A DNA stretch of 64,000 nt from Myxococcota bacterium (GCA_965223415.1 OZ245002.1:224001-288000), one strand, 5' to 3'; shown: positions 10,659 to 21,551, numbered from the stretch's first letter. Notes: generated by a model from the sequence alone, not told the origin. Program-made: numbers and translations.

Positions 10659-11951
10659 TCAGCCGCGGCCGAGCCGCAAGGCCCAGATCAGAACGGCAAG
10701 CCCACCGAGCGCACCGTAGACGGCGAGGAAGGCCATCCCGCTTCGGGGAAGGCGGCTGCCGTGGGCCGACAGCAGGAGGACGATCGGGAAGACCACCTCT
10801 CGATACCGGGTCACACTCGGATTCACGGCGCCGATCACCATCAGGAAGAGGGCCGGGTAGAGAATCAGCAACAGCCGGTCTCGCCGGTCTCGATCCCCGA
10901 GGATGTTGGCGACGGCCACGAGCAGAAAAGGGTAGAGGGCGAGAGAGAAGAGCTGCAGCCACGGGCCCACCAGGGTGGGAAGGTGCGGATCTGCGAGCTT
11001 CGGGGGAAACGGCGTCAGCAGCACCAGCGCACCACTCATCGGCGCCTTCCAGATCTCGGCGGGCGAGGAGATGTACGCGTAGCGCATCAGCCCGATGTAG
11101 CGGGATTCGAACTCCGCCTGGCGGACCTTTCCTTCGAATCGCTCCGTCGCGCTTCGGATGCTGATCCGCGAGTCCTCCGGTGCGACCACGGTCACCACTC
11201 CGAAGATCAGGACGGCGGGCACGAAGGCCGCAACAGCGGTGGCCAGGTTGCGCCGGATCAGCACCGCGCCGATCCCCATGATCAACAGGAATGGAAGGAT
11301 GAAGCCACTGCGAATGAAGTACAGCGGGATCAGGGGCACCACCGCGAGCAGCACGTTCTTTCCCCAGCCGGGATCGAGACGGATCGCCTTGGCCGCGTGG
11401 TAGAAGGCGAGCAGAGCGAGGAACTGGGCGATCGGGTCCTTGCGCTGCTCGAGGACCGTGAGCAGGGTGATCGGCAACGCGGCGGTGAGGAAGGTCCCGA
11501 TCCAGGCGGTTCGAGGCTCGAAGAAGAGCTTTCCGATCCGATAGACGTACAAGAGGCTCATCGAGCTGACGGCCACGTTCAACAGCCGCGGCAACATCGT
11601 GTTCGCGCCAAAGAACGAGTAGATGTAGGCGCAGATGATGTAGTAGCCGTTGGAGAGGATGCGCCAGCCGTAGTGCTGGTGAGCGAGGTCGTACTTGATC
11701 TCCGCGCTCATCTCGATCGCCCACTCGTGGTAGCGGAGCGGATCCGGGTATCCGAAGCCGCCGAGCCCTGACCACTGCAGGAGCCAGTAGTAGAGGGGAA
11801 CGAGCGCAGCCTTCACGACGAACGCGACCAGCGCGATCGGGAGGACCGCCCTACGATCCTCCGCCGGCCGGGGGAGATAGAAGACGACGACCGCGCCCAG
11901 TAGGATGAAGGCCGCCAGCAGCGAGGCGCCTACAGGCGTGGCTTCGATCAA
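10659..11951 (-). CDS. Polytopic membrane protein, GT-C (ArnT-like) or Wzy polymerase-like
   Basis: About 10 TM segments; PD..RYH, RLLN, RKD, RYR motifs; located in the polysaccharide locus. Confidence 0.6.
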   Translation of the reverse strand: MIEATPVGASLLAAFILLGAVVVFYLPRPAEDRRAVLPIALVAFVVKAALVPLYYWLLQWSGLGGFGYPDPLRYHEWAIEMSAEIKYDLAHQHYGWRILSNGYYIICAYIYSFFGANTMLPRLLNVAVSSMSLLYVYRIGKLFFEPRTAWIGTFLTAALPITLLTVLEQRKDPIAQFLALLAFYHAAKAIRLDPGWGKNVLLAVVPLIPLYFIRSGFILPFLLIMGIGAVLIRRNLATAVAAFVPAVLIFGVVTVVAPEDSRISIRSATERFEGKVRQAEFESRYIGLMRYAYISSPAEIWKAPMSGALVLLTPFPPKLADPHLPTLVGPWLQLFSLALYPFLLVAVANILGDRDRRDRLLLILYPALFLMVIGAVNPSVTRYREVVFPIVLLLSAHGSRLPRSGMAFLAVYGALGGLAVLIWALRLGRG

Positions 11952-11978
11952 GGGCCGTTGCTCTGGAAAGGGTCAGGC

Positions 11979-12815
11979 ATGTTCGGTTGGGACGTCGAGG
12001 TGAGCAGCGTAGCAACGCGTCTCGTGCTGCCGCTGGGCTTCGCCTGGGCGTGCATGCTCGCGGGTACGCTCGGCCGTCCGCGCTTCCCCCGTGCGGGCCT
12101 CCTGCTCGCCCTCATCGGCGTGACGACCCTCTACCTTGCGTCCCTCTCACCGGTCGCCGACTCGGTCCAGAGCCGGCTCGAGAGCGGGGTCCCAATCCTC
12201 CCTGTCGACCAGATCGAGCCCGCAGACGCCATCCTCGTCCTGGGAGGCGCCACCGAAGCGGCGCTGCCACCGCGGCGCTACGCGGACCTGGGCTCGGCCG
12301 CGGACCGGCTGGCCCACGCAGCCCGGCTCTACTGGGCAGGGCGGGCTCCCCGCATCATCTTGTCCGGTGGGAATCCAACCGCCGGGCCGGACCCGCGCTC
12401 CGAGGCGGCTGTGATGGCAGATCTACTGGCCGGCTGGGGGATCCCGGCGGCGGCCATGATGCTGGAGGAAGGGAGCCGCAACACGCGCGAGAACTGCGTG
12501 AGGGCAAAATCACTCGCCGACAGAGAGCAGTTCGCCGACATCCTGCTGGTAACGTCGGCCCTCCACATGCCGCGCGCGACGGCCACCTGTGCGACGGCCG
12601 GCTTGCGGGTGCGCGCGGCGCCGACGGATTTCGAGGGAGTCGATCGGCCGTTCCGCGGCGCCCTGGACCTGCTGCCGGATGCGGAAGCACTGGCGAGAAC
12701 CACCCGGGCGGTCTACGAGTGGATCGGGTACCGGGTCTACCGCTGGCGCGGGTGGATCGATCCGGCGAAGCTCCCCGCTCCCCGACCGGATGGCCCGCAG
12801 CCGTCCGGACGTTGA
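11979..12815 (+). CDS. YdcF/ElyC family (DUF218) protein
   Basis: AILVLGG, ILSGG, SEA..M, SRNTREN, LVTSALHMPRA. Confidence 0.92.
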   Translation: MFGWDVEVSSVATRLVLPLGFAWACMLAGTLGRPRFPRAGLLLALIGVTTLYLASLSPVADSVQSRLESGVPILPVDQIEPADAILVLGGATEAALPPRRYADLGSAADRLAHAARLYWAGRAPRIILSGGNPTAGPDPRSEAAVMADLLAGWGIPAAAMMLEEGSRNTRENCVRAKSLADREQFADILLVTSALHMPRATATCATAGLRVRAAPTDFEGVDRPFRGALDLLPDAEALARTTRAVYEWIGYRVYRWRGWIDPAKLPAPRPDGPQPSGR

Positions 12816-12858
12816 CCGGGGGGCCGCCATTTCCGCCGATGATCGTCCGAGCACGGGC

Positions 12859-14088
12859 GTGCTCGCCCGGGTGCTGCGCAACGTCGGCCTCCTCACCGGC
12901 GCCCAGCTCGCCGCCCGCGTGCTCAACTTCGTGCTGCTCGCCGCCTTGGCGAGAATCGCAGGCAGCGACGGCGCTGGCGCCTACGCCACGGCAGTCTCCG
13001 TGGCCCTGGGCTTCCTGCTGCTATCGGACCTCGGCCTCAGCCCCCGCTTGATTCGCGAAGCCAGCGCGCGCCCGGACGAGGGGGGCGACCTGTATCGCGA
13101 GACGTTGGGGCTGAAGCTCCTACTTCTCGTACCAGCCGGGCTCGCGATCGGCGTGGGCGTCCTCTGGCTGCCGTACCCTGCGCAGGTTCGCGAGCTCGTC
13201 GGGCTGATGGGCGTCGCCGCCCTCCTCCAGTCCCTCGCCCAGGCGAACGAGGGCCTTCTACGCGCGCGGGAGCGCATGCAGTGGGAGGCGCTGGGCGGGC
13301 TGCTGCAATCGGGCCTCACGACGGGGCTCGCCGTCTGGTGGTTGGCGTCGGGGTGGGGGCTCTTGTGGGTAGGCGTTGCGCGTATTGTCGGCGTCGCGGC
13401 GCATCTGCTCCTGCTCTCGGCGGTCCTCCGCCAGGAGATCCGCTTCGCGCCTCCGGGGCCCGGAGCTCGCGCCTCCTTGAGGGCCGCCCTGCCCTATATG
13501 AGCACGGCTTCGATGAACCTCGCGTACGGGCAGATCGACATCGTGCTGCTCTCGCTCGTGGCGACCCAGAGCCAGGTCGGCGAGTACGCGTTGATCTCGC
13601 GAATCGTGTTGGTCGCGGGCACGTTCGCGTCGACCGGAGCTGCGGCCCTGCTTCCCACGCTGGCTCGCGCCTTCACGGAGGCGAAGGCCCGCTTTCGGCG
13701 GCTAGCGCTGGCCGTTCCCGCGACTGCAGCCGTCCTCGGCGGCTTCGGGACGGGCGGGCTGGCGATCCTCGGCGGCCCGGTTCTGACCCTGGCCTATGGA
13801 GACGAATTCGCTCCGCTGACACCGCTCTTCACCACGGCGACGGGCTACGTACTCCTGCGTTTCCTCACCGCGGCTCTGGGAGTGGTTCTCACGGCAGCGG
13901 GCCGACAAGCGACGCGTGCCCTCTGCATCTTCCTCGGCCTCATGGCAACCCTCGCGTTCATCCTGCTGTGGGTCCCGACGCACGGAGTCGCCGGCGCCGT
14001 CGACGCGCTCGTGGGAAGCGAGCTCGTACTGCTCGCGTGCCTCGCCGCTGCCGCCGCGCGCTTCGCTTCCGGGTGGAGCCGTTCCTAG
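12859..14088 (+). CDS. Second polysaccharide flippase (Wzx family)
   Basis: SDLGLSPRLIRE and IDIVLLS...VGEY; paralogous to 9204-10640; start codon uncertain. Confidence 0.85.
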   Translation: MLARVLRNVGLLTGAQLAARVLNFVLLAALARIAGSDGAGAYATAVSVALGFLLLSDLGLSPRLIREASARPDEGGDLYRETLGLKLLLLVPAGLAIGVGVLWLPYPAQVRELVGLMGVAALLQSLAQANEGLLRARERMQWEALGGLLQSGLTTGLAVWWLASGWGLLWVGVARIVGVAAHLLLLSAVLRQEIRFAPPGPGARASLRAALPYMSTASMNLAYGQIDIVLLSLVATQSQVGEYALISRIVLVAGTFASTGAAALLPTLARAFTEAKARFRRLALAVPATAAVLGGFGTGGLAILGGPVLTLAYGDEFAPLTPLFTTATGYVLLRFLTAALGVVLTAAGRQATRALCIFLGLMATLAFILLWVPTHGVAGAVDALVGSELVLLACLAAAAARFASGWSRS

Positions 14089-14137
14089 ACCGAAGGCTGG
14101 TTGTCAGCCCGGCAGCGACTTGGCACCCTTGCCTTCG

Positions 14138-15118
14138 ATGCGTGGGACCAGCGGTGCAGGGGCGAAGCCCGCTTGGCGGCTCGCCGCGGGTGCGGTGTTC
14201 GGCTTTCTCCTGGCCTGTGCGCAGGGCCCGCCGCCGGTGGAAGCCTCTGCCGCCGCGGATCCGGTGCACCGCGACGTCGCCGCGGCACCCGAGCGCTTCG
14301 ACTTCGTGCAGCTCGCCGATCCGCAGATTTCCAGGACGGAGACCGAGCGCGACCTCGAGAACCTCAAGCGGGCGGCCCGGCAGATCCGGGCCCTGGAGCC
14401 GAAGCCGGCCTTCGTGGTGATCTGTGGCGATCTCGTGGACGTGGGGAGCCCGGCGACGCGGGCGGCCTTCGATGAGGGGCTGGCTGCGTTCGACCTTCCG
14501 GTCCATCTCATTCCCGGAAACCATGACGTGATCGTGCCGCCCCGGGCGTCGAGCCTCGCCTCCTTTCGCAAACGACACGGAGGAGACACCTTCGCCTTCG
14601 AGCACGGCGGCTACTCCTTCATCGGCGTCAACAACCAGTTCTGGTTTCCGGAAGTCCGGGATGCGAAGGGCGCGCTCAAGGCGGCCATGTCGGCGGACGT
14701 CGCGCGGGAGGCCGACCTCCACGACGCCTGGTTCGAGGCACAGCTCACCGCCGCGTCCCGAGCGAAGAGGCCTGTCATCGTCGTCGGGCACTATCCCGTG
14801 TTCCTGGAAACGCCCGACGATCCGGTCTATTTCCGGGGTCTGATGCGGAATCTCCCTCCGGCCCGTCGCCGGCAGCTCTTTTCGCTCTTCCGCCGCCACG
14901 GCGTCGTCGCGTATCTCGCGGGCCACACGCACGCCAACTACGTCGCCGAACACGAAGGCGTGGCCTATGTCACGACCGCCCGGCCGGGGCCGAACATCGC
15001 CCGGGGGCGCAAGGAGAACGGCGACCTGCTGATCGACCCCCCCGGCTTCCGCGTGTGGAGCGTCCGCGGCGGAGCCGCTCTCGAGCATCGGTACGTGGTA
15101 CTCGAGGAAGACCGGTAG
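14138..15118 (+). CDS. Calcineurin-like metallophosphoesterase, probable lipoprotein
   Basis: DPQ, GDLVD, GNHD, GHTH motifs; FLLAC lipobox-like signal. Confidence 0.88.
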   Translation: MRGTSGAGAKPAWRLAAGAVFGFLLACAQGPPPVEASAAADPVHRDVAAAPERFDFVQLADPQISRTETERDLENLKRAARQIRALEPKPAFVVICGDLVDVGSPATRAAFDEGLAAFDLPVHLIPGNHDVIVPPRASSLASFRKRHGGDTFAFEHGGYSFIGVNNQFWFPEVRDAKGALKAAMSADVAREADLHDAWFEAQLTAASRAKRPVIVVGHYPVFLETPDDPVYFRGLMRNLPPARRRQLFSLFRRHGVVAYLAGHTHANYVAEHEGVAYVTTARPGPNIARGRKENGDLLIDPPGFRVWSVRGGAALEHRYVVLEEDR

Positions 15119-15122
15119 CTCC

Positions 15123-16034
15123 ATGCTCGATCGTCCGGTACTCGTGACGGGGACCCCCTGTGCAGGCAAGACCCGGGTCACCCTGTGCCTCGCGACTGCG
15201 CCCGAGTTCCTCTACGTGTACGAGCCGTTGATGATCTGGAACATCGGCAAGCGCGATCCGACCCTGGACACGCGAGACGCGGACGAGGCCGTCCCCGCGG
15301 TACGGGAGGCGATCGTCCGGGAGTGCAAGAAGCAGCTGGAGACGGCCGGAAAGACCCGCTACGTCGACGATCTCTCCTACCACGCGCTACGCCTCTCCTT
15401 CGTGATGGAGGTGCTGCCGAACGTCCGCATCATCCAGTGCGGCCGCAGCGTCGAGGACATCCTGCCCGAGATGGTCTGGGGATGGACCCACCGCTTCTCC
15501 CCGACTGAGATCCTGAGGAAGCGGCGCAAGGGCATCGTGCTGAGCTCGGTTCCGCGCCTGGCCTGGCGTTTCGCCCGGAATTACGTCTCGACGCGCCTCA
15601 CCGGCTCGTCCTTCCGGTGGGGCCCTCAGATGGAGGGCGTCGCGGAGTACGGCCGCCAGCATGGTCCGGTGGCGGGCGCCGCCTTTCAATGGTCGAAGAT
15701 GATGGAGCGGTTCACGGCGGACCTGGAGCTCGTGCCTGAGGATCGCAAGCTCTATGTCCGCTTCGAGGACATGCTCGCCGATCCCCAGACGCAGCTCGAC
15801 CGGATCGGCCGGTTCTGCGAGGTCGAGGATCTCGAGAACCTGAAGGAGCAGGGTGCGGCGATCCTCAACCCACGCCACCCGGGCCCCTGGGTGGACATCT
15901 CGCAGGAAGACTGGGATCGCGTTCGACCGATGATCGATCCCATTCACCAGCAGCAGGGTTACCCACCACTCCCCGAGGAAGCGCCTCGGTGCGCTCTCCG
16001 TCACCGCGAGGGCGATGGTGCGCCGTCCGCGTGA
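15123..16034 (+). CDS. Sulfotransferase-like protein
   Basis: VLVTGTPCAGKT P-loop, YEP..IW, VRFEDM..DP; the PAPS motif is divergent. Confidence 0.75.
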   Translation: MLDRPVLVTGTPCAGKTRVTLCLATAPEFLYVYEPLMIWNIGKRDPTLDTRDADEAVPAVREAIVRECKKQLETAGKTRYVDDLSYHALRLSFVMEVLPNVRIIQCGRSVEDILPEMVWGWTHRFSPTEILRKRRKGIVLSSVPRLAWRFARNYVSTRLTGSSFRWGPQMEGVAEYGRQHGPVAGAAFQWSKMMERFTADLELVPEDRKLYVRFEDMLADPQTQLDRIGRFCEVEDLENLKEQGAAILNPRHPGPWVDISQEDWDRVRPMIDPIHQQQGYPPLPEEAPRCALRHREGDGAPSA

Positions 16035-16671
16035 ACAGACGGAGCGTTGCCGAGGGCACACGGTGTTCGTGGTGGGGAACGACGGCTCCGGGAAGACGAC
16101 CTTCACCGAACGCCTCGCAGGAAAGGCCGCTGCCATGGGACTGCGCGTCCATCGCCGGCGCTACTACGGGAGTACGGTGCGCGTGGTCTTTCGCCGGCTG
16201 ATCGATACCTGGACCGACGCGTCGCGCAGGAAGACCGCGGCCTCCGCGGGGGGCGGGCCTCGGCCGCGAACGCGGAACGGCGCGCGGGCTCGAGTCCTGC
16301 TCGCCTTCCTGTGGCTGTATCAGACGGCCATCGGGCTCGAGACCCGGCTGCGTGATCTCCTCGACCGCTCCGACCTCCGGATCGTGGACCGGAGCTTCGT
16401 CGATGACCTGGTGAGCATCGGCGAGACCCTGAGGGTCGAGGTCCCGCCCTCCCTGCTGCGCTATTCCAGTCGCCTCTTCCCCGTCCGGCGGCTCTACTAC
16501 CTCTCCGCAGGCGACGCTGTCGAGTTTGCCCGCATCCTGGACGTGGATCTCAGCAAGGCCTTCCACCACGCCAAGGGAGAGCGCTATCGCGCCATGATCG
16601 CCCAGCTCGAGCCCTTCACGCCGGGACTTCGCCGGATTTCCACCGCGCCCCGCTCCGAGGCATCGGCATGA
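16015..16671 (+). CDS. P-loop thymidylate-kinase-like protein
   Basis: GNDGSGKTT Walker A and IVDRSFVD (DR motif). Confidence 0.7.
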   Translation: MVRRPREQTERCRGHTVFVVGNDGSGKTTFTERLAGKAAAMGLRVHRRRYYGSTVRVVFRRLIDTWTDASRRKTAASAGGGPRPRTRNGARARVLLAFLWLYQTAIGLETRLRDLLDRSDLRIVDRSFVDDLVSIGETLRVEVPPSLLRYSSRLFPVRRLYYLSAGDAVEFARILDVDLSKAFHHAKGERYRAMIAQLEPFTPGLRRISTAPRSEASA

Positions 16672-17357
16672 ACCGCTACTGGAAGACCGCTCTCGACCTG
16701 GACCGCCGCATGGGGGAAGCGGATATCCCCTATTGCGTGATCAAGACCTTCCGCGCGAATCCGGACTACAACGACAGCAACATCGACGTCGTGTGCCCGC
16801 TTCCGTTGGCCGAGGTGCACCAACGCGTCTACCCCGACTACACGCTTTCGCTCCGCGACTGGACCAAGGCAGTGTTCTACGAGCGGAACAAGCGCATGGT
16901 CAAACATCCCACGGGCGAGACGTCGGACATCCACCTGCACACGAACGCGGGCTGGCACGACGTTGAGTTCGTTTCCGGGAAGGAGATCCTCGCGGGGCGG
17001 CAGCGGCACGAGCTCTCGGGCGGAGCGGTCTGGATCCTCGAGCCGGAGCTCGACGCGCGCATCCTCACCCTCCAGATCCTGTTCGAGAACTTCCGCAAGA
17101 AGCGCTGGGACCTGACGATCCTCGGGGATCCGGATCTCACCGACTTCGCCGCGACCTACGGCGTCACCGAGGGCGAGATCCAGCCCGTTCGAGAGGCGGC
17201 GCAAGACGAGCCCCTGCCGCGTTCCGTCCTGGCGCCCATCTGGCGCAAGTACTACGCGCGCCGCCGGCTCGAGACACACATCACACCTTGGAACCGGTTC
17301 CTGCACGAGCTGCTCTTCGCCCTGCAGGCCTGGCGCATGGAGCGCGCGAGGCGCTAG
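16668..17357 (+). CDS. Hypothetical protein with a nucleotidyltransferase-like fold
   Basis: YCVIKT...DSNIDVV...DIHLH pattern; ATGA overlap with the upstream gene. Confidence 0.5.
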   Translation: MNRYWKTALDLDRRMGEADIPYCVIKTFRANPDYNDSNIDVVCPLPLAEVHQRVYPDYTLSLRDWTKAVFYERNKRMVKHPTGETSDIHLHTNAGWHDVEFVSGKEILAGRQRHELSGGAVWILEPELDARILTLQILFENFRKKRWDLTILGDPDLTDFAATYGVTEGEIQPVREAAQDEPLPRSVLAPIWRKYYARRRLETHITPWNRFLHELLFALQAWRMERARR

Positions 17358-19021
17358 CTACTTCCCGTCCAAGAACTCGTAAGTCACTGAGAAGAAAAGG
17401 AATTGGCGCAAACGCGCCTCCCGATCGAGTTTCGATTGGTGTATGTTAGGTGGTGCCAACCTACCGAACATACACAGCAATTCGCCAACCGGGGGGTGAA
17501 GCGATGCGCCGATTCCGAGAAACTCAGCTCTCACTCACGCCCACATGGGGTCCGCATCAACATACCCGAGAGCTGCAGATGATCGCCAGGATCCTCGGGG
17601 CGGATCCGCGCTTGGGTGCTGTTGTGCACGGAGATCTGATCGGGGAACGTCGCGCCGATACCGGCCGTCGGGGCCTCAGCGGCGATCAGGTCCTTCGAAT
17701 CGCCCTACTCAAGCAGATCCACGGGCTGAGCTACCGGGAGTTGGAGTTTCACCTCCAGGACTCGGCCGCCTTCCGCAGCTTCGTAGGACTCGGGCTCGGT
17801 GACTGGCCCCGCTTCCAGACCCTTCAGGACAACGTCAAACGGATCCGGCCCGAGACGTGGGAAGCCATCCACCGTGCGTTGATCGGCCTGGCTCGCCGGG
17901 AAGGAATCGAACGAGGCGAGACGATTCGGGCGGATACGACGGTCGTCGAGGCGAACATCCACGAGCCCGCCGACTCGGCCCTGCTCTGGGACAGCGTTCG
18001 GGTGATGACGCGGATTTTGCGAAGGATGGCGAAGCAACGCCCTTCGCTGCGCAAGATGTTCCCGGATCGTCGTCGTTGCGTGAAGCGACGCGCCTACGCG
18101 ATCAAGTTCCACCGGCGGTCGATCAACCTGGTCGCGAGCTATCGGTGCATGATCCGGGCCACGGAAGAGGTCTGCCAAGCGGCCCGTAGCGTCGCGGAGA
18201 GGGTCGCCCGAGTCGAAGACACGACGCCGCTTCGCGAAGAGCTCCTCGCGGTGCTTCCCCTCGTCGAGCGCGTCATCGATCAGAGCCGTCGCCGTGTCCT
18301 CGAAGGCGAGCGCGTCCCTGCAGCCGAGAAGATCGTGTCGATCTTCGAGCCGCACTCGGACACCTCGTGAAGGACAATCGAGGCACCTACTACGGTCACA
18401 AGGTCTGTCTGACTGGCGGCAGGTCGTCACTCGTCCTCGACTGTGTCATCGAGGAAGGAAACCCTACGGACTCGACGCTGGTCGAACGTACGCTCGAGCG
18501 CCATGCAGATCTCTTCGGCAAGGCACCCCGCCAAGTGGCGATGGACGGAGGCTTCGCGTCCATGGACAACGTTGCCAAGGCCAAGGCGCTCGGCGTGGAA
18601 GACATGGCCTTCAACAAGAAGAGCGGACTCGAGGTCCACGAGATGGTGCGCAGCGCCTGGGTCTTCCGGCGCCTTCGTGACTTCCGCTCGGGGATCGAGG
18701 GCGTGATCTCGACGCTCAAGCGAGCGTTCCAGATGGACCGATGCACCTGGCGGGGCCTGGCGTCCTTCAAGGCCTATGTCTGGGCCAGTGTGACGAGCTT
18801 CAACCTCGTCGCCTTGGCCCGCCACCTGCTGACTCGCGAGTTCGCCTGAACCCCTGAGAGTGGTTCGGTCGGTGGACACGTGCGCCCGCGCATCGGAACA
18901 CGGTCGCTCACTCACCCCGACGGCTCCGGGACTGCTGTGACATCGCTACTCTCAACGCCCGCGAAGACCGCCAACGATCCACTAAGAGGCCGACGAACGG
19001 CTCTTCTCGGACGGGAAGTAG
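17358..19021 (+). mobile_element. Insertion sequence (1664 bp), ISNCY/IS5-like DDE transposase
   Basis: TIRs ctacttcccgtccaagaa (17358-17375) and ttctcggacgggaagtag (19004-19021), 17/18 match; CTAG direct repeats at 17354-17357 and 19022-19025. Confidence 0.93.
17504..18849 (+). pseudogene. DDE transposase split by a 1-nt frameshift near 18362
   Basis: RADTTVVEANI, EKIVSIFEPH, then in another frame YGHKV, MDGGF, RSGIEGVISTLKR. Confidence 0.85.
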
Positions 19022-20140
19022 CTAGAGAGCGGCTTCGAGGATCTCCGCAAAGGCCTCGCCGGTCTGCGGCCAGGGGAAGGCCTTGACGCGCTTCAGTCCA
19101 CGCTCCCGGAAGGCCTGGGCGGCGCCATCGTCGGTCAGTATTTCGTGGAGGCACCGCGCAAGATCGTCGGCGTCCGCGGGATCGAAGTAGCGCGCCGCGT
19201 CGCCACATACCTCGGGATGGCAGGTCGCACGCGCCGCGACTACCGGCAGGCCGTGACCCATCGCCTCGAGACTCGTCAGCCCGAATGTCTCGAGAAGGCT
19301 CGTCGTGACGTAGACGCGGGCGCGACGATAGAGCGCGGCGACCTGCTCCGGTGGGATCGCGCCGAGGAAGCGGACATGTCCGCCCGCCGCTTCAGCCTTC
19401 GCCATCAGCCCTGAGTGGTGATCCTCCGTGTACGGCCCCCCGGCCACCCGTACCGACAGAGGGCCGCCGTAGGTCTCGGCGTAGCGCGTGGCTCCATCGA
19501 TCAGCGCTTCGTAGTTCTTGTGGTAGTACGAATGGCCGACGGCCAGGACGAGTCCGGGCTCCCGCTCCGACAGCGGCGGCGGAGGCGGGCCCTCGGGCGG
19601 ATCGAGGCCCCAATGGATCGCGGTGTGCGGGACCCGGTCCATGGCGAAGCGATCGCGGGCCATCTCGACCGAGTCCCAGGTCTGGAAGACGTTCATGCGG
19701 CTCTTCGCCATGGAGAGCCGCTGGGCCAGCCGTTGGAAGCGGATATAGGCTTCCGTGCGCGCGCTCCGCTGCACGGGAAGGCGGCTCAGCACGTTCGGGT
19801 TCTGCCAGATCGAGACCTGGGGGAGCCGGGTCGCGAAGCAGGCGTAGCCGCCGACCGTCAGCAGGCCGTCGAGGCGTGTCCGGGCAAGCAGGCCGGGCAG
19901 TTCGAGCTGCTCCCAGAGCCAGCGGCGCACCAGGCGCATACCGACCGGGAGGTAGTGCGGCTCCAGGTTCGGCAGCGGACGCGCGGGCGCGACGTCCGGA
20001 TGCGCGTGGAAGAGCACGAAGCGCCAGCCCGGTCGGGCCTCGGCCAACGCGACGGACAGCTGGCGCGCAGCCGTGATGCCGCCCCCCATTACCGCCGTCA
20101 TGGCATTGAGGCCGATGCGCGGCCCGCCGCTCTCGCCCAC
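19022..20140 (-). CDS. Glycosyltransferase family 4
   Basis: YYHKNYEAL; SLLETFGLTSLEAMGHGLPVV. Confidence 0.9.
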   Translation of the reverse strand: MGESGGPRIGLNAMTAVMGGGITAARQLSVALAEARPGWRFVLFHAHPDVAPARPLPNLEPHYLPVGMRLVRRWLWEQLELPGLLARTRLDGLLTVGGYACFATRLPQVSIWQNPNVLSRLPVQRSARTEAYIRFQRLAQRLSMAKSRMNVFQTWDSVEMARDRFAMDRVPHTAIHWGLDPPEGPPPPPLSEREPGLVLAVGHSYYHKNYEALIDGATRYAETYGGPLSVRVAGGPYTEDHHSGLMAKAEAAGGHVRFLGAIPPEQVAALYRRARVYVTTSLLETFGLTSLEAMGHGLPVVAARATCHPEVCGDAARYFDPADADDLARCLHEILTDDGAAQAFRERGLKRVKAFPWPQTGEAFAEILEAAL

Positions 20141-20184
20141 GTCCTCTCCCCGGGGTTCCGTCGGAAACCTAGCGCTCCAGCGGC

Positions 20185-21551
20185 TCAGCCCGGCTCCAGC
20201 CCACTCTCCCGGATCTTCTGCAGCAACGTCTTGTAGGACACCCCGAGCAGCTTGGCCGCCTGCTTGCGGTTCCAGCCGGTGTGGAAGAGCACCTGCTCGA
20301 TCGCCTCGCGCTCGGCCTGCCGGGACGCGCGGCGGCCCACCTCCTTGAGCGGCACGTCGCCGGCGGTCTCCTCCACCTCTTCGAGGAGATCGAGGAAGTT
20401 GCGCTGGCGGCGCACCTGGCCCGCCTCGCCTTCCACCAGGTCCCGGAGGATCGGCTCCTCGCTGCCCAGCACGACGGTGCGCTTGATCCAGTTCTCGAGC
20501 TCGCGGATGTTGCCGGGGAAGGCGTAGCGGTCGATCAAGGAGCGCAGGGCCGGCGAGAGCTCCGGGCGCGGGCGGTCGTAGCGGGCGGAGTAGCGATCGA
20601 GGAAGTGCCGGATGAGGCCGTCGATCTCGTCGCGCCGGTCGCGAAGCGGCGGGATGCGGACGCTCACCACGTTGAGACGGAAGAAGAGGTCCTCGCGGAA
20701 GCCGCCGCTGCGGGAGAGCTCCTCCAGCGGGCGATTCGTCGCGCTTACGATCCGGACGTCGACGGAGATCTCCGAGTTGCCGCCGAGGCGGCTGAAGCTC
20801 CCGTCCTGGAGTACGTGGAGCAGCTTGGCCTGGGCGGCGGGGCTCATCTCGCCGATCTCGTCGAGGAAGATCGTCCCACCGTCCGCCTGCTCGAACTTGC
20901 CGGGCTTGCGCTGGGTGGCGCCGGTGAAGGCGCCCTTCTCGTAGCCGAAGAGCTCGCTCTCGAGCAGCTCGCCGGGGAGCGCCGCGCAGTTCACCTTCAC
21001 GAAGGCGGCGTCGGCGCGGCCGGAGCTCTCGTGGACGGCGCGGGCGACCACTTCCTTGCCGACGCCGCTCTCGCCCTGGATCAGCACGGTGACGTCGGTA
21101 TCGGCGATGCGGTCGAGCAGCGAGCGCACCTCCGCCAGGCTCGCGCCCGCCCAGAGGATGCCCTCGACGGCGCGGGCCTCGGGCTCCGGCGGCCGCAGCA
21201 GGCGACCCAGCACCCGGTCGAGCTCCGCTTCGTCGAAGGGCTTGTTCAGGTAGTCGGCCGCGCCGAGCTGCATGGCTTCGACGATGGAGCTCGCCGTGCC
21301 GACCACCGAGAGCATCACCACCGGCAGCGCCGGATGGCGCTCCTTGATCTCGCGAAGGGTTTCGAGGCCGTCCTGGCCCGGCATCATCACGTCGAGGATC
21401 ACCAGATCCGGAGCCGCGCCGGCGTCGAGCAGCTCCAGGGCCCGGCGGCCGTCCTCGGCGCTGTCGACGGCGTAGCCGCGCGCTTCGAGCAGTGCGGTCA
21501 GGTAGCTGCGAACGCCCTCCGCGTCGTCGACGACGAAGATCCGGGGGCGGC

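Noticed and set aside
18340..18370. Programmed frameshift in the transposase
   Set aside because: No slippery A-run or heptamer at the junction; a single missing base (error or mutation) explains it
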